Below, in pieces: positions 11,550-24,635 of a stretch of 64,000 nt of DNA. Positions within the stretch are counted from its first letter, which is position 1, and every line of letters begins with the position of its first letter. Position numbers and translations under genes: made by a program. The notes under the pieces were generated by a model that saw nothing but the letters and a program-made list of their open reading frames with translations, was not told where the DNA came from and ran no database searches. The DNA is from Octopus sinensis (taxonomy: Eukaryota): positions 68,262,001-68,326,000 of the forward strand of contig NC_043009.1 in NCBI RefSeq assembly GCF_006345805.1, given 5' to 3'.

Positions 11550-11574
11550 AATAATAATAATAATAATAATAATA

Positions 11575-11601
<27 letters not shown>
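11550..11601. repeat. Palindromic microsatellite (TAA)n-(TTA)n
   Basis: Repeat polarity flips at aataa|ttatt (11575/11576). Confidence 0.9.
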
Positions 11602-11607
<6 letters not shown>

Positions 11608-11949
11608 AAAATAATAATGATTTCATTTATTTGCCACAAGAGTGAATGATGAGGGGGACAATACAGAGACAGGCATGAAGTGTGAGGGTTTACATATAAT
11701 AATGAAATGATAGAAAGAAAAAAAACATACTGGGGGGGCGGTATTTTAAATCACCTGTATCCAGCTTGAATCAGGAAATATTTGTAAGTTTCAGGTGTGA
11801 TTTTCACCAGAAATCTATTAAATCGCCGGGAAGAGTTAGTTCAGTCCACACTCCCCTTCTTTGAATTCATTTGTCGTTTAGTATCGTACATTCTTCCAAA
11901 CAAGTATTCACCTTTCGGAGAGAGTTGAAGTCAAGGGAATGTCTACGAG

Positions 11950-12118
11950 TTGATTTTTGCATGGTTGCTGTTGCTGTTTGTTTGTTTGTTGGGCGAAGCG
12001 GTCTTTGTCCGTAGTGGGAGAAGTCCGAAACGTGGTCCTTTGCTATTCGTAAGACCCGCAGAAGAGAAAGCAGGTCATCCCCCGACACCGAGAGCATCGA
12101 GAGCTCGTCGTATATATG

Positions 12119-12155
<37 letters not shown>

Positions 12156-12414
12156 CTGCTTGTCCCCCTCAACATCGCAAAAGAGACCGATAGAATAAGT
12201 ACTAGGCGTAGGAAGTCGGGGACAAGAAACAAGAGTGAGAGAAAGTTGGGGCGAAAGAGTACAACAGGGGTCGCCACCACTCCCTGCCGGACCCACGTGG
12301 AGCTTTAGGTGTTTTCGATCAATAAACACACACAACGCCCGATCAGGGAATCGAAACCGCGATCCTCCGATCGCGAGTCCGCTGCCCTAACCATTGGGCC
12401 ATTGCGCCTCCACT
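11950..12414 (-). mobile_element. tRNA-headed SINE (family B-related head) interrupted by a family A fragment
   Basis: Minus head agtggaggcgcaatggcccaatggttaggg...gtttcgattcc at 12414-12340; 12108-12210 matches the family A internal and 3' part on the plus strand. Confidence 0.65.
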
Positions 12415-14346
12415 GCTTTTGCCGTGCTGCTTTTGTGTTTGTCTTTTCATAGTTTTGCTGATAATGTTGTTGTGGCTTTTCGCAGTTGTTGGGTGAACTT
12501 TTACTGATATTGTTGTGGGGATTGTGTGGGTGGATGGCTAGTTGGTAATTTGTTTTTGATAATGGTTGATCTTTTTGATTTGTATTAGGACAAATATCAT
12601 TGGCCTTGGTACTTTCTACTTTTTAGCACCACGGCAATGACTTCTCATGATTCAGTCTTTTCTTCCTTGAGCAAAACTTCAAAGACTACCTAAAACCAAA
12701 AATATGTCCTCGCCACTCATTCCTTCGGCTATCACCTTAAAAAAACACATGGGATGACGCGGTGTAATGCGCTCTTTATTCATCTGGACAATGGGCGCAT
12801 TGTCCAGCTGAATATAGTTCAGTGAACAGTTTGCCATATTCCAGGTACCAAATGACTGACCTTGGTCTGAGATTGTAACTTGCTCAAACCGAGAAACTCT
12901 AGAAGAATGAGTGGCCGGGCAGCAACCAGGCCTGTTTACTATCGTCCTCATCATCCAATAATTTCCTTCAGGTATGTTAGACTTCGTCTCATGAAAACCC
13001 TTCCAACATTTTTCATTCCTTCGTTATCCCAGAACAATTCACTTCTCGCTGAAGAAATGATCGTGGACCATTCCCACCACTAGTATATCACCCATGATAC
13101 CATTCATTATTGCTTCTTGTGTGCTCCTTAGCTCTTACTATAATTTATTTCTCCGTATAGTCAATCGTCTTCTTTCGAAGACCAACCACCGGTTGTAGAT
13201 GATTCCCTTCTTCAACTGACCCTAAGTTAATCGCAAATATTTTCATAGAGGACTTTACACTTTATTCTATGGTATGCAATTTTGAAATATCAACACCTGT
13301 TTCGTATCACTCAACCAATATTACTGACTTGTAGCACATTAAATTACATAGGAATCACATTTCTTGCGGGTCCTCTGAATAGAAAGACTGTAATTTAATA
13401 TTTTTCCCCATTTGGCGAGAAAAAGACTTACATTCGCGGCGAAAAATATTTCTTCTTCCACTCGTAAAGTGATAAAATGGTTTCTTCTTTTATGGAGGGA
13501 AAACAGGGAAACAAAAACAGTTGAATTATACAGTATGTTGTACATTTTACACAAGAAAAATTACGCCATTTTGAATAAAAACACTTCTAGTAACTCGGAC
13601 ATCCACGGACATAAGGCAGAACACAAAACAACAGTAATAGCAAACTTAACAACGCCCACACGCAGACACAATTAATATACTTCAGAAAATACTAACAACA
13701 AAAATAGCAACAACAACAACAACAACAACAATAATAATAATAATGATAATGGTTTCATTTTGTTGTGTCTAGGAAGAGTCATTATAGCAATATAATTAAC
13801 ACACGCACTGGTCCAATTCGACTCCTTTATTAGTTAATTGTTTAAATATCCAACTAATTAATCGATTGTTTAATTTGTTTTATTCTTGTTTATCAATTTT
13901 CTTTTGTTGCTACATACCATCTTTGCAATAACTGTTGACTTAGTGCGTTATAGAGTCTGCACTTGTCTGCTTCTGATCTTGATGCGTGCGTGTATGCGTG
14001 TGTGTGCGTGCCAGTGCAACCGTGTGCTTGTGTATGTATGTATGTATGTATGTATGTATTCTGCATATTCATGTGTTTGTGTATGAGTGCGTGCTTGAGT
14101 GTTTGCGTATGTATGTGTGTGTCTGTGTATGTACCACCGCTTCCTGGTGTGTGCGTGTTTGAGTGAATCTATGCGCATGAGTTTGTATAAGTATACACAT
14201 ACACCTGACATGTGTGCATGTATGCGCATACGTATCTTTGTGTGCAGGCGTGGTATATATGGTCATGTGTTTCGGTGTCTTTATGTGTGTGCGTGCGCTG
14301 GTCTGTCCGTATTGCCTATGTAACTACCTACCTACCTATCTAGCCT

Positions 14347-14426
<80 letters not shown>

Positions 14427-14769
14427 CCTACCTACCTACGTACCTATCTATCCATTTATCTATATGTCTGTCTATCTATCTACTTATCTCCCAACTTACT
14501 TCCCAACTTATATACCTACTTGACTACTTATCGCCCTATTATCTTGCCTATATTCCCACCAATCTACCAACCTACATAGTTAAATAACTAACAATCTATA
14601 TACTTGACCTGACCAACCAAAACCTACCGACTTATCTATCTACCTACATATTTTCCTACTTACCTGCCTACTTACGAATGTACCTATGTACATATGCTCT
14701 ATGGGTGGTATCTGTGGCAAGAGGGTATCTCTAACTTCTACGTGTATTTCCTATTTAGTACGGGTAACG

Positions 14770-15055
14770 TTTCGAAAATTACTATTTTTAAATCTCACAA
14801 GGAGAGATATTCAGCAACAGTACTTTGGAGTAAAGATTGTTTGCCAACATAACATGGCAGTCCTGGTTTAGGACGAATGTTGCTGTAATTTAGCCCCAGG
14901 AGACATCGTCTCCAGCTGGCTATACGACATGAAAATGTAAGGACACAGATTGTGTCGTATAGCCAGCTGAAGACGATATCTCCTGGGGCTAAATTACAGC
15001 AACGTTCGTCCTAAACCAGGACCACCATGTTATGTTGGCAAACAATCTTTACTCC
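14770..15055. mobile_element. Foldback family F copy with loop deleted (103-bp arms 14827-14929 / 14953-15055)
   Basis: Arms are reverse complements and match 18425-18820; the left flank matches the reverse complement of 18821-18880. Confidence 0.88.
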
Positions 15056-15057
15056 GT

Positions 15058-15278
15058 GTAACGTTTCATTTATTAGGATGTTCTCTTCTATTTGTCTAAA
15101 TGATGAATTCTTTGGGTGCTTCGACAAAATGCAGATGTCAATTTGGCTCAGTGTGTCGCCATGTTGGCCTTTGGCATGTTGATTGAGTATGGAGGATTGT
15201 TTGTTATCATTATAGTCTCTCCAGTTACAGTTTAGTCTCTCCGCTATACTCCTAGAGGTCTCCTCAATATGTGGACAA
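15058..15278 (-). pseudogene. Penelope-like GIY-YIG endonuclease fragment
   Basis: HIEETSRSIAERLNCNWRDYNDNKQSSILNQHAKGQHG...ILSKHPKNSSFRQIEENILI matches YIGETxRSxxERxxEH...H...RxIxExIxI. Confidence 0.75.
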
Positions 15279-16404
15279 AACCACGACACACATGGTGGTG
15301 GGGGGGTGATGGTGGTGATAGTGGTGGTTGTGGTGGTGGTGGTGGTGGTGGTAACCTTTTCTATTATAGACACAAGGAAGGCCTGAAATTTAGCGGGAGG
15401 ATGTTAGTCGATTATATCGGTCCCAATGCACGAAAAGATCTAAAAGTAAAGTAATTTTGTCGAATTCCTTTATTAACCACAGGCGCTCGGAACAATAAAA
15501 ATAAAGAACATTATTTGGGGCTGTGCCTTGAATATTATTGTTGCTTTCATATTGGATACGCTTTCCTTTGGTAAGTAAAATGTTCTTCTATTAATGCTCC
15601 TCTCGTCCTCTCTCCTTACACAAGACGATGAGTAGTGCAACGGGAGATGACAGCCTCAGCTTTCCTGATTTTTTTTTTACCTCTTCTTTATATTTTTCTG
15701 AAACGGAATGAAGTGTGCTCCCTGACCATTCCTGGGCCGGAACAGACTGTGCTCGTGATAGACAGCAGTATCCTTCATTTGCCTTTGTTGTTGCTGTTTG
15801 CCGGCACCGTTCCATTCTCTGTCTCTCTGCTTGCCTGTCTCTCTCTTCCAATCTTTATCTAGCTTCTCGAGGCAAAAGCCTCCCCACAGTGACTTTTGCA
15901 GCCGCACTAACAACAAATAGTCCAATTGCTTTTGAATCAGCGCCCTCAATAGGGCAGCGTTTCGCAATATCTCTATGATCTAGTAGCTGTCTTTACTCTA
16001 TGGCATGCCTATATTGACACGACCTGATCAGGCTTATTAGTTCCGCGCACACAATACTCCCATATTGTACTACAAATCGAAGGCTTTCAAAAGTCAGTAC
16101 CACTGGCAAGGTCCCCCACTGTCCTCTTCGATTGCACTTACCTATATACAGTGGCTCAAGCTTATGTATAAATGCGAGTCTCACAATTTAGTCCGTCTAC
16201 TGACTAAATGTCCTAATGTCCCCAAGAGAAGTCAGATGCAACGGTAAGCTTTACTTTGGGCAGTCGACAATAGATTCTTCCAGAAATCAGCGAGAGTATA
16301 TTTTAAAACGTATTTGGAGAGTCTGCAAAGAGCACCATTCCCTTGCCTTACTGAAACAATGTTGCATTAACTTTCTCGTGGCCAATGCCGGACAAAGTAT
16401 CCGA

Positions 16405-16407
<3 letters not shown>

Positions 16408-16478
<71 letters not shown>
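16408..16478 (+). repeat. (GA)n microsatellite
   Basis: Uninterrupted GA run. Confidence 0.97.
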
Positions 16479-16482
<4 letters not shown>

Positions 16483-17693
16483 GAAAGCGTGGAGTGCGAG
16501 AAAGGGAATGCCATATCACAAAGTCTTGCCAAATTGTTGCTGCGACGGGGCCTCATTCCAATTGCAAAAAACATCTGCTTTGCCGCTCGGAACCCAAACG
16601 TGTATGACACTAAAGCAGCCTTTATCGTTGCTTATATTTTAACATCGTGTATTCATTTTGATCTTCTCGCCGATGTTGGAATGGTTTTTCTTTTTTATTT
16701 AGTATATGTTTCTCATTGGGATAATAGAAATTTGCATGATTTTGGTTGTTTTTTTAATTGTAGCTATATATGTTAATACCTCGCTCAGAGATTTATTATT
16801 GTATGTTAATATTATTTTCATAATTTTGCTTAAGCGTGTTTGTTTAAATGCCAACCACCACACTGTGATTATCTCTTCCTGATATTCCACTCTAACATTC
16901 CATGTTGAACTATAAAAAGAAAACGAAATACTTGCGCATATTGGGGGATTTTGAAATAAAATTAAAATTACAAAGGATCGGATACACGTACATTCTAAAG
17001 CCTCCACTTCGTAAATTATAAAACTTTACTTTCAAAATGCAATTTCAATGCTAATCCAGAAAACAAAATATACTGAAGAAAAGAGAGCGACTGTTCAGTC
17101 AACAACAACAACAGAAACAACAACGACGACAGCGGCGACAATGACGATGAATCGACGATGACGATGATGATAATATGAAATGCAAATTATACAATAGTAT
17201 TGAAAATATGTGAATGCATGGACGATGTCGTCTCGCTGGTACAAGAGATGGCCAATAAAAGATTGTCACAATACTAGCATCACCTGAACCTGTTAGAAAA
17301 CGGCCCATAGCCTAAATGTTGTTCTATCCGCGTTCATCCACCTTTCCACATACTCCCGGAAGGTGAACACTTCACCCTCTACTTTCATTTTCCTTTTCAA
17401 GTGAAACTGGATAAAAGTCGATGAGGACTTGTTCGAAAAGTAATATGCTGTGTCTGTCCAGCAGCAGCAGCAGCACAGGTTTGAAGAACGACACGCATCG
17501 CCATTACAAAGTTTTAAATTTTGAAAAAATATATCACTGCGTTAGATAAAAATAAAAGCAAGGAATAATCGAGAAAACATAACGAAAGTGTTGAAAGTAA
17601 TTGATTAAGCAATTCAGGAACGATATCCCGAATTCTTTAGCTGATTTTCTAACATAAATTATGCATTACATCCTAATCTCCTTTATGCATTAA

Positions 17694-18210
17694 TTTACTT
17701 AAACCTTTCGCTCCAAAGGGGCATAGGCCGTCGACTACTTTTATCTACTGTTCGCGACTTTGGGTTGTCTTTCGGATCCTGCCTCTTTCACCTCAGCCTC
17801 AATATCTCGCCTTTAGATATTTCCTATCTTCTACCCATTTTATGGGTTCCAAGTTAGGACCAGACTTATAACACGGGATATTGGTTTCCTTCGAGTGTGA
17901 CCCATTCATCCCCACTTGCGCTTCTCGCCTCGTCTGTCACAGCTCTTTCCCCTGGTGGTCAGAAGGGGAATAACTTATGCAACCTCTTGTCAGATTTTTC
18001 TGCAGCACTTCATGCTTCCTTGAGAGAAGGCCTCCTTCTCCTTGGTTTTTGTTTATTTTCAGTTGCATCACTAACTTTGCATTTTTCCAGATGTTGGCCC
18101 TCAGCAAACTGATTTTTTTTTACCTCTTAGATGAATTGGTCCCTATTACTGTGATCTTTGTCCTTTGACCTGTCAAGCATAATGCAGCCTACTCAGAAGC
18201 TTCCGCTTCA
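17694..18210 (-). mobile_element. RTE-like LINE relic: 3' end joined to a pre-RT segment
   Basis: Minus strand ...EAEVKEAG... then ggcctatgccctttggagcgaaaggtttaagtaa (RTE-type end); upstream KEA*SAAEKSDKRLHKL resembles AxEAExAAxxxDxRxLY. Confidence 0.5.
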
Positions 18211-18424
18211 TTAGCAAAGTTCTCGGGGTTATTGAGGCTCACAGGACCACAATATAACAATGACTGGACCTTGTATTAATTGTTAACCGGGCACGAGCCT
18301 AAATATTCTAAAGGAGAAAAAAGTCAAAACAACATGAATCGGTTTCAGACTAAAATTAAACGTGATGGATGAAACAAATGAAGACCTAAACAGTAGTCTC
18401 TGAGTGAAAACAAAGTGTTTTCTG

Positions 18425-18880
18425 TAGTAAAGATTGTTTGTCAACATAACATGGCCATCCTAGTTTAGGACGAATGTTGCTGTAATTTAACCTCAGGAGA
18501 CACCGTCTCCAGCTGGTTATATGACACGATCGCGTGTCCTTATATTTTCGAACAAGGGAATCTAGCACCCCAACTCAGCTCAAAACAATATCTGTGTTTT
18601 GCGATTTCTGGGTTATTTTCCTTCATCAGCACAGAATAATTGTTCGGCACATAATAATTGTTTTGAGCTGAGTTGGGGTGCTAAATTCCCTTGTTCGAAA
18701 ATATAAGGACAGAGATCGTGTCGTATAGCCAGCTGGAGATGATGTCTCTTGGGGTTAAATTACAGCAACATTCATCCTAAACCAGGATTGCCATGTAATG
18801 TCGGCAAACAATCTTTACTATAAAGTACTGTTGCTGAATATCTTACGTTGTGAAATTTCAAAATGGCAATTTTCTTAAGC
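18425..18880 (-). mobile_element. Foldback family F, longest copy (arms 18425-18589 / 18657-18820, 67-nt loop)
   Basis: ~165-bp reverse-complementary arms read directly. Confidence 0.92.
18592..18634 (-). ncRNA. Decayed hammerhead in the loop of family F
   Basis: CTGTG-CTGATGA-AGG aaaataa CCCA-GAAA-TCGCAAAA-CACAG; core and stem I intact, U16.1 lost. Confidence 0.6.
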
Positions 18881-19272
18881 GTGTTCTGTACACTTAAATT
18901 TTTATTCATGATTATATGAATTGCGAAAAGGCAAGAATGAAACGTGTAAGATGTTTGAACAGCAGCCAATTTGTCGCAAATTTATATCCTGTGCCAGTGT
19001 TTCCTTTCATCTTGGCTACCAGGGAGAAATCAATGTTTATGAATTGTTCACAACAACAGTAGAGATGGTGGAGGATCTGGGACTCTGGTCAAGTTACATT
19101 TGAGCAGTATCTCGTTCAATATCTCAGTAGTTTGAGAGGACAAGTTTTCTGCGAACTCATTGTATACTGTATTCCCCTTATTTCAATAAAATTTTCAAAA
19201 AAAAAAAGAAGCATCAATGCGATTAAAATGATTGAGCGAAATGCCTAATCTTGACAGAGGACTTTAATTGCA

Positions 19273-19303
<31 letters not shown>

Positions 19304-19425
19304 TATAGCGAGAAGTTGGGGTTATAAGAGATGATGGTGTCATAGAGACCCAAAGATGTCAGGTAATGCAGAATAAGTGCTAATCACATCGAAACTAACT
19401 ATGACTTAATTCTTCCTCTCACACC

Positions 19426-19480
19426 GTCTCCGATGAAGGAATATTATTATTAATTAATATTCTAGAAACAGCTGCAAGAC
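19426..19480 (+). ncRNA. Hammerhead relic (CCGATGA core) in a (TA)n-embedded element spanning ~19300-19530
   Basis: GTCT-CCGATGA-A-GGAATATTA/TAATATTCT-A-GAAA-CAGCTG-CA-AGAC; U16.1 is C. Confidence 0.55.
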
Positions 19481-19545
19481 CTTCTATCTATAAATGCTGT
19501 AATATCTATACACCCTTGTTTTTTTTTATCTCATTACGCAAAAAA

Positions 19546-19666
<121 letters not shown>

Positions 19667-20276
19667 TGTATGTATGTATGTATGTGTGAATAAAATCTGA
19701 ATATTTTATGTTTTGTCTGCAAACATAATTAATCTCAGTGAGTTAAATTTTCGCTTGAAAATTTGAAGAATATGTATTTTAACGCTGTTGGAATTTGAAC
19801 AGATTAAATCCTTCAGGAAAAATTAAATTCCCATTACATTCGCTGTGAATAAATATATTTACTACATACCTTATCATATATCATTGTTATGTATTATGTT
19901 GTAAAGTCATTACATATTATATTATATAATATTTTGTATTATATTATACTTATATATTGTATATTATATTGTATAACGTTTATATATTATATATTATATT
20001 GTATTTATAAATATACATATACATATATATATATATTTATATTATATATGATATTATGTGTTCATTATAGTACGTGGAGGTGATTCCTTTGTGTCTCTTC
20101 ATGTAGTTCTAAGATTTCACATCAACAACCATAACAAAGACAAGAGACAATATATTTCTTTCTGATAATGGAAAAGCTACCTGTACATGAGAATGTCAGA
20201 AAATAAGCTATAGAAACGGGATTAGATTGTTCACTCTTCATAGCAAGTGTAGCTGCCTAAACGTAGATTTTTACCA

Positions 20277-20296
20277 ATGATGATGATAATAATGCC

Positions 20297-20358
<62 letters not shown>

Positions 20359-20365
20359 CGATGAC

Positions 20366-20400
<35 letters not shown>

Positions 20401-20418
20401 CGATGATGATGATGATGG

Positions 20419-20495
<77 letters not shown>

Positions 20496-20609
20496 GTGAT
20501 GATAATGATGATGATGATGATGATGATTATGATGATGATGATGGTGATGATGATGATGATGATGATGATGATGACGATGACGATGACGACGATGATGATG
20601 ATGATGATG
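20277..20609 (+). repeat. (GAT)n trinucleotide tract with GAC/GGT variants
   Basis: ~110 triplets; source of the poly-M and poly-I ORFs. Confidence 0.97.
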
Positions 20610-20814
20610 ACTTGAGGTAAGAGTACGGATTGCTCCGCAAAACCTATAAAATGATCTGTCTGAAGCATCTCATTATTAGTGAGACGACAAAATTGAGTTT
20701 GATACTCCATACTGTAATTCTGTCTGAGCCATTTTGGACGATATTTTGAAAAAACCAATAAGAATCACCACATAAGGCGATTGTTTTTAAGCCCACTTTT
20801 TAAAGAATTTAAGT

Positions 20815-20950
20815 CGAACTTATTTTTTTATATCCTAGAACTTATTCTATCGGTTCTTTTTGTCGAACTGCTATTTCACGAGGACGTAAATACACCAACA
20901 TCAGTTATCAAGCGTTGATGGTGGGGCAGACACCGACATACACCCATGTG

Positions 20951-20981
<31 letters not shown>

Positions 20982-20997
20982 TGTGTGTGTGTGTGTA

Positions 20998-21029
<32 letters not shown>

Positions 21030-21160
21030 TGTGAGTAATTTCCGTTCTATAATTTCCTATAGTAGAAGATACTTGCTTAAGGTACCACACAGTTGGACAT
21101 AAACCGGAACCAGGTGGTTAGGAAGCGAACTTTTGGCCACACAGCCCCACCCCTACGCCT
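20815..21160 (-). mobile_element. SINE family A, diverged
   Basis: Reverse-complement homology to 63046-63485, with an internal (TG)n tract. Confidence 0.7.
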
Positions 21161-21650
21161 GCTGAATTGATCTCGATCATAAGTTTGTCCAAAGTTGATC
21201 TGGTGTTACACACACAAAAAGGAAACTGCTATCTTAGGAAAAAAAACACTAGTGTTTAAATTATTTACTGATATAAACACTGATTTAAACCCCAAACTTA
21301 TGATAATTGGAGAGAAAGTTGTAAAAGAGTTTATAGAACGGCAACAATAAAAACAGAGTAAATTTGCGAGGATCGATAAGGGAAATGATGCGAGTTGAGA
21401 ATTATCTAATTTTAGATTCGATTAATGAAAAAGAATTGATACCATTAATGGCTTATCGTCAATAAAACGTTATTAAGGTTAGCATATGGAAGCTACATTG
21501 GTTAATTGGTAAAGATGGATAACATTTGTGTTAGTCTGTGAGTCTGTACTCTTCTCTTTCACACATACGCCAGCTTCGTCTCGCCCTACCTATCCTATTT
21601 TCTTTCCACATCTTTCTCACTGATACTCTCATACATATGAACATATGTCC

Positions 21651-21685
<35 letters not shown>

Positions 21686-23309
21686 CAAACACACACAAAA
21701 CACGCACATACATACATTCGTACATACATACATACATACATACATACATACACTCATACATACCCACAAGGTAGCTGTCTGCACGTAGACGCTTATGGCC
21801 ATCACTGACAAATAATTTTATCTTACTGTTAAAGACAATGGCTGTCAGAAATGCCTGTGGAATTTACAGTCAATGAAAGCTTGCACAACACTGCGAAGAC
21901 GCTCTCCTACGAAGCCAAGTAGCTAAGGAGTCTTGAAAAAAAGCAAGAGCTATATCTCTGTCTTCATCATAAAGCAAGCGTGATTTTCTGAATTTATTTT
22001 TCCTACTGAGATGTCTAAACAAGGACGAGGGGTTTCTTGCTCTCAAGCTGTCGGGTGGCGGTTGACGCTGCTCAGTTCATCCGTCCTTTGACAGTTTTGT
22101 GTGTCCTCCTGCAGGGTATCTAGCGTCGACGACCTACCTTATATACACATACATACATACAAACACACATACACATATATACACATATATACATACATGA
22201 AAAAAACATAAATACAAATATACCTACATGTATAAAATATCATTGAGTTATTACGCGCATTACAAATGCAATCAGTAAGAGGAACCACATAAATGTGTAA
22301 GACTTTTCTGAAGTCCAAAATGAGAATTTGTTTTTGTTATCTACTTGCCAACGATAGCACTTTGCATCTTTAATAGAGACCAACTCCTTCCTCACAGAAA
22401 GACTTGAAATTATTAAAAATAGAAAAGAATTTGTGCATGCATACATACATACATACATACATACATAAATGCATACGTATATTAGAACAAAAACCCACAA
22501 ACACACTCACTCATTAGTGATCATGGACATACAAAAGACTTTATATCTATGTGTATGTACGTCTGTGTGCATAAAGTAGAAACTGATTCCAGGCATATGT
22601 TTTGTAAGTCACCGTTGGAAATCCATAAGGTGTATTTACACCTGTCTGGAGTTTCAACACGAAGCTATTAATATATTCATTTTAAATTCCTTTAAAACCA
22701 TTTTAAATTTCTAGCACACACTGTCTTGTACATATAATTAACTTTTTTTACTAATTTATTCATGATGTCATCGATTGCACAACAGATACACAAGTCTACC
22801 TATTATAATTACGTTCCGGTTTTTGTTCTATTTAAATAGCGATTGCTATAATTTCTCATTATAAGTGACCACTCCGTGAAAACTGTCAGGACAGACTCCT
22901 CTGCTTTGCTTTTAGCAAGAAGATTAACAAGGTGTATTCACAGAGTTGGATTTTAAGGACAGCTGGTTTGCAACTTCAGTCTTTCTTTTACTTTATTTTG
23001 ATTGACTCGTCCATTAGACTGCACCTACTATGGGGCCTTGAAAAGTTTCAACCCAACGAATCGAACCCGTTGCTTTTTTTCCTTTTTTGTGAAGTCTGCT
23101 ACTTATTCTATCAGTCTCACTGTCGAACCGCTAACTTACGAGACGGAAAGAAACTAACAACTGTTATGAAGAGATAGATGGGGCACACGTAATCACAAAG
23201 ACACACAGGTACACACACACACATATACACATGCTCGTGCACACACACACACACACACATATATAAATATACATATATACACACACACACGATGCACTGC
23301 CACACAGTT

Positions 23310-23436
23310 TCCGTGAGTCAAATTCACTTACAAAACATCGGTTGATCCGGGGCTATAGTAGATGACACTTGCAGTGGGGCTGAACCCGAGACTGCACGGT
23401 TGCAAAGCGAGCCTCTTAACCACACAGCAATGCCTA
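23310..23436 (-). mobile_element. SINE family A, 5' part
   Basis: ggggctatagtagatgacacttgc...ctcttaaccacacagc. Confidence 0.7.
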
Positions 23437-23847
23437 CGAGGTTATATACTTTTTTCAAAGATTGCCCGCTTATCTAATTTTTGTAACACACACCCTAATT
23501 GAATATCACATATCAGCTATGAGGACAATTATACGTACAGCCACGCGTGCATGCGTATATACATTCGTACATGTGTGCGTGTGTGTTTGTGTTTACGCAA
23601 ATGTACAGTGGCGTTTGAGTTTACAGACAATAAGACAATGTAATCTAACTGGAATGCAAGTATTTATGGTAGCACTGAGTATATTCGATATTATTATTCT
23701 GCGGTTCACCCAAATATGAAAAATCACTTAACTCATATCTGGCACACAAAAGCATGAGATGTTTACGTGAAAAGCAATATGGACGAGAAGCAGGATTTCA
23801 AAAGAATACGCAGAGTACGAACGTTTTTAATGAGAACGTTGATATGT

Positions 23848-23861
23848 ATATATACACATGC

Positions 23862-23940
<79 letters not shown>

Positions 23941-23942
23941 CA

Positions 23943-23978
<36 letters not shown>

Positions 23979-24180
23979 CATATACAAACACACATATGTA
24001 TATACACATGCATATATATATATATACATATATATACATATATACATGCATATATATATATACATACATACAAACACACATACATATATATATACACATG
24101 CATGCATATATATATACATATATATACACATATATATGTATATATTATATATATATATGTAATATTATATTACATGTATA
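23848..24180. repeat. (TA)n/(TACA)n/(CA)n compound microsatellite
   Basis: Direct reading. Confidence 0.95.
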
Positions 24181-24635
24181 TACATTCTCATTAAAAATAT
24201 TTTGTGCTCTGTATTCTTTTGAAATACTGCTCATATATGTGTGTTTGTGTGGGTGTGTGCTCGTGTATGTATGTAAATATATATATATATAGAGAGAGAG
24301 AGAGAGGGGGAGAGATAGGTAGAGAGACAGGCAGACAGATATATATATATATATATTATACAGAGAGAAAGAGAGAGAGCGAGAGATAGACACATGCCCC
24401 AAAACATACATGTACATGTGTGTGTGTATATATGTATGTTTATGGTCTGTCTTTCCGTTGGTTTTGACAACGATTGTTCTAAACGATGAGATCACCGGAG
24501 GAACAGCCTGCTCACGAAATTAACGTGCAAGTGGCTGAGCATTCCACAGACATGCGTCCCTTAACATAGCTCTCAAGGAGAAAACATTGTTGTGGAAGAG
24601 GAGGGATTTCCTTGCTTTTAATATTGGTTTTAAAT

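Noticed and set aside
12679-12954. 91-aa ORF with FGTWNM resembling a LINE endonuclease start
   Set aside because: A single short motif, with no further AP-endonuclease motifs in register
16216-16776. 186-aa ORF
   Set aside because: Kept open by (GA)n (poly-RE); the flanks resemble no protein I know
20231-20758. 175-aa poly-Ile and 112-aa poly-Met ORFs
   Set aside because: Translations of a (GAT)n microsatellite, which has stop-free frames by construction
23754-24292. Stacked YI/CV/HT-rich ORFs (also at 26-27, 39, 52 and 59-61 kb)
   Set aside because: (TA)n/(TG)n/(TATG)n translations with no protein-family signal
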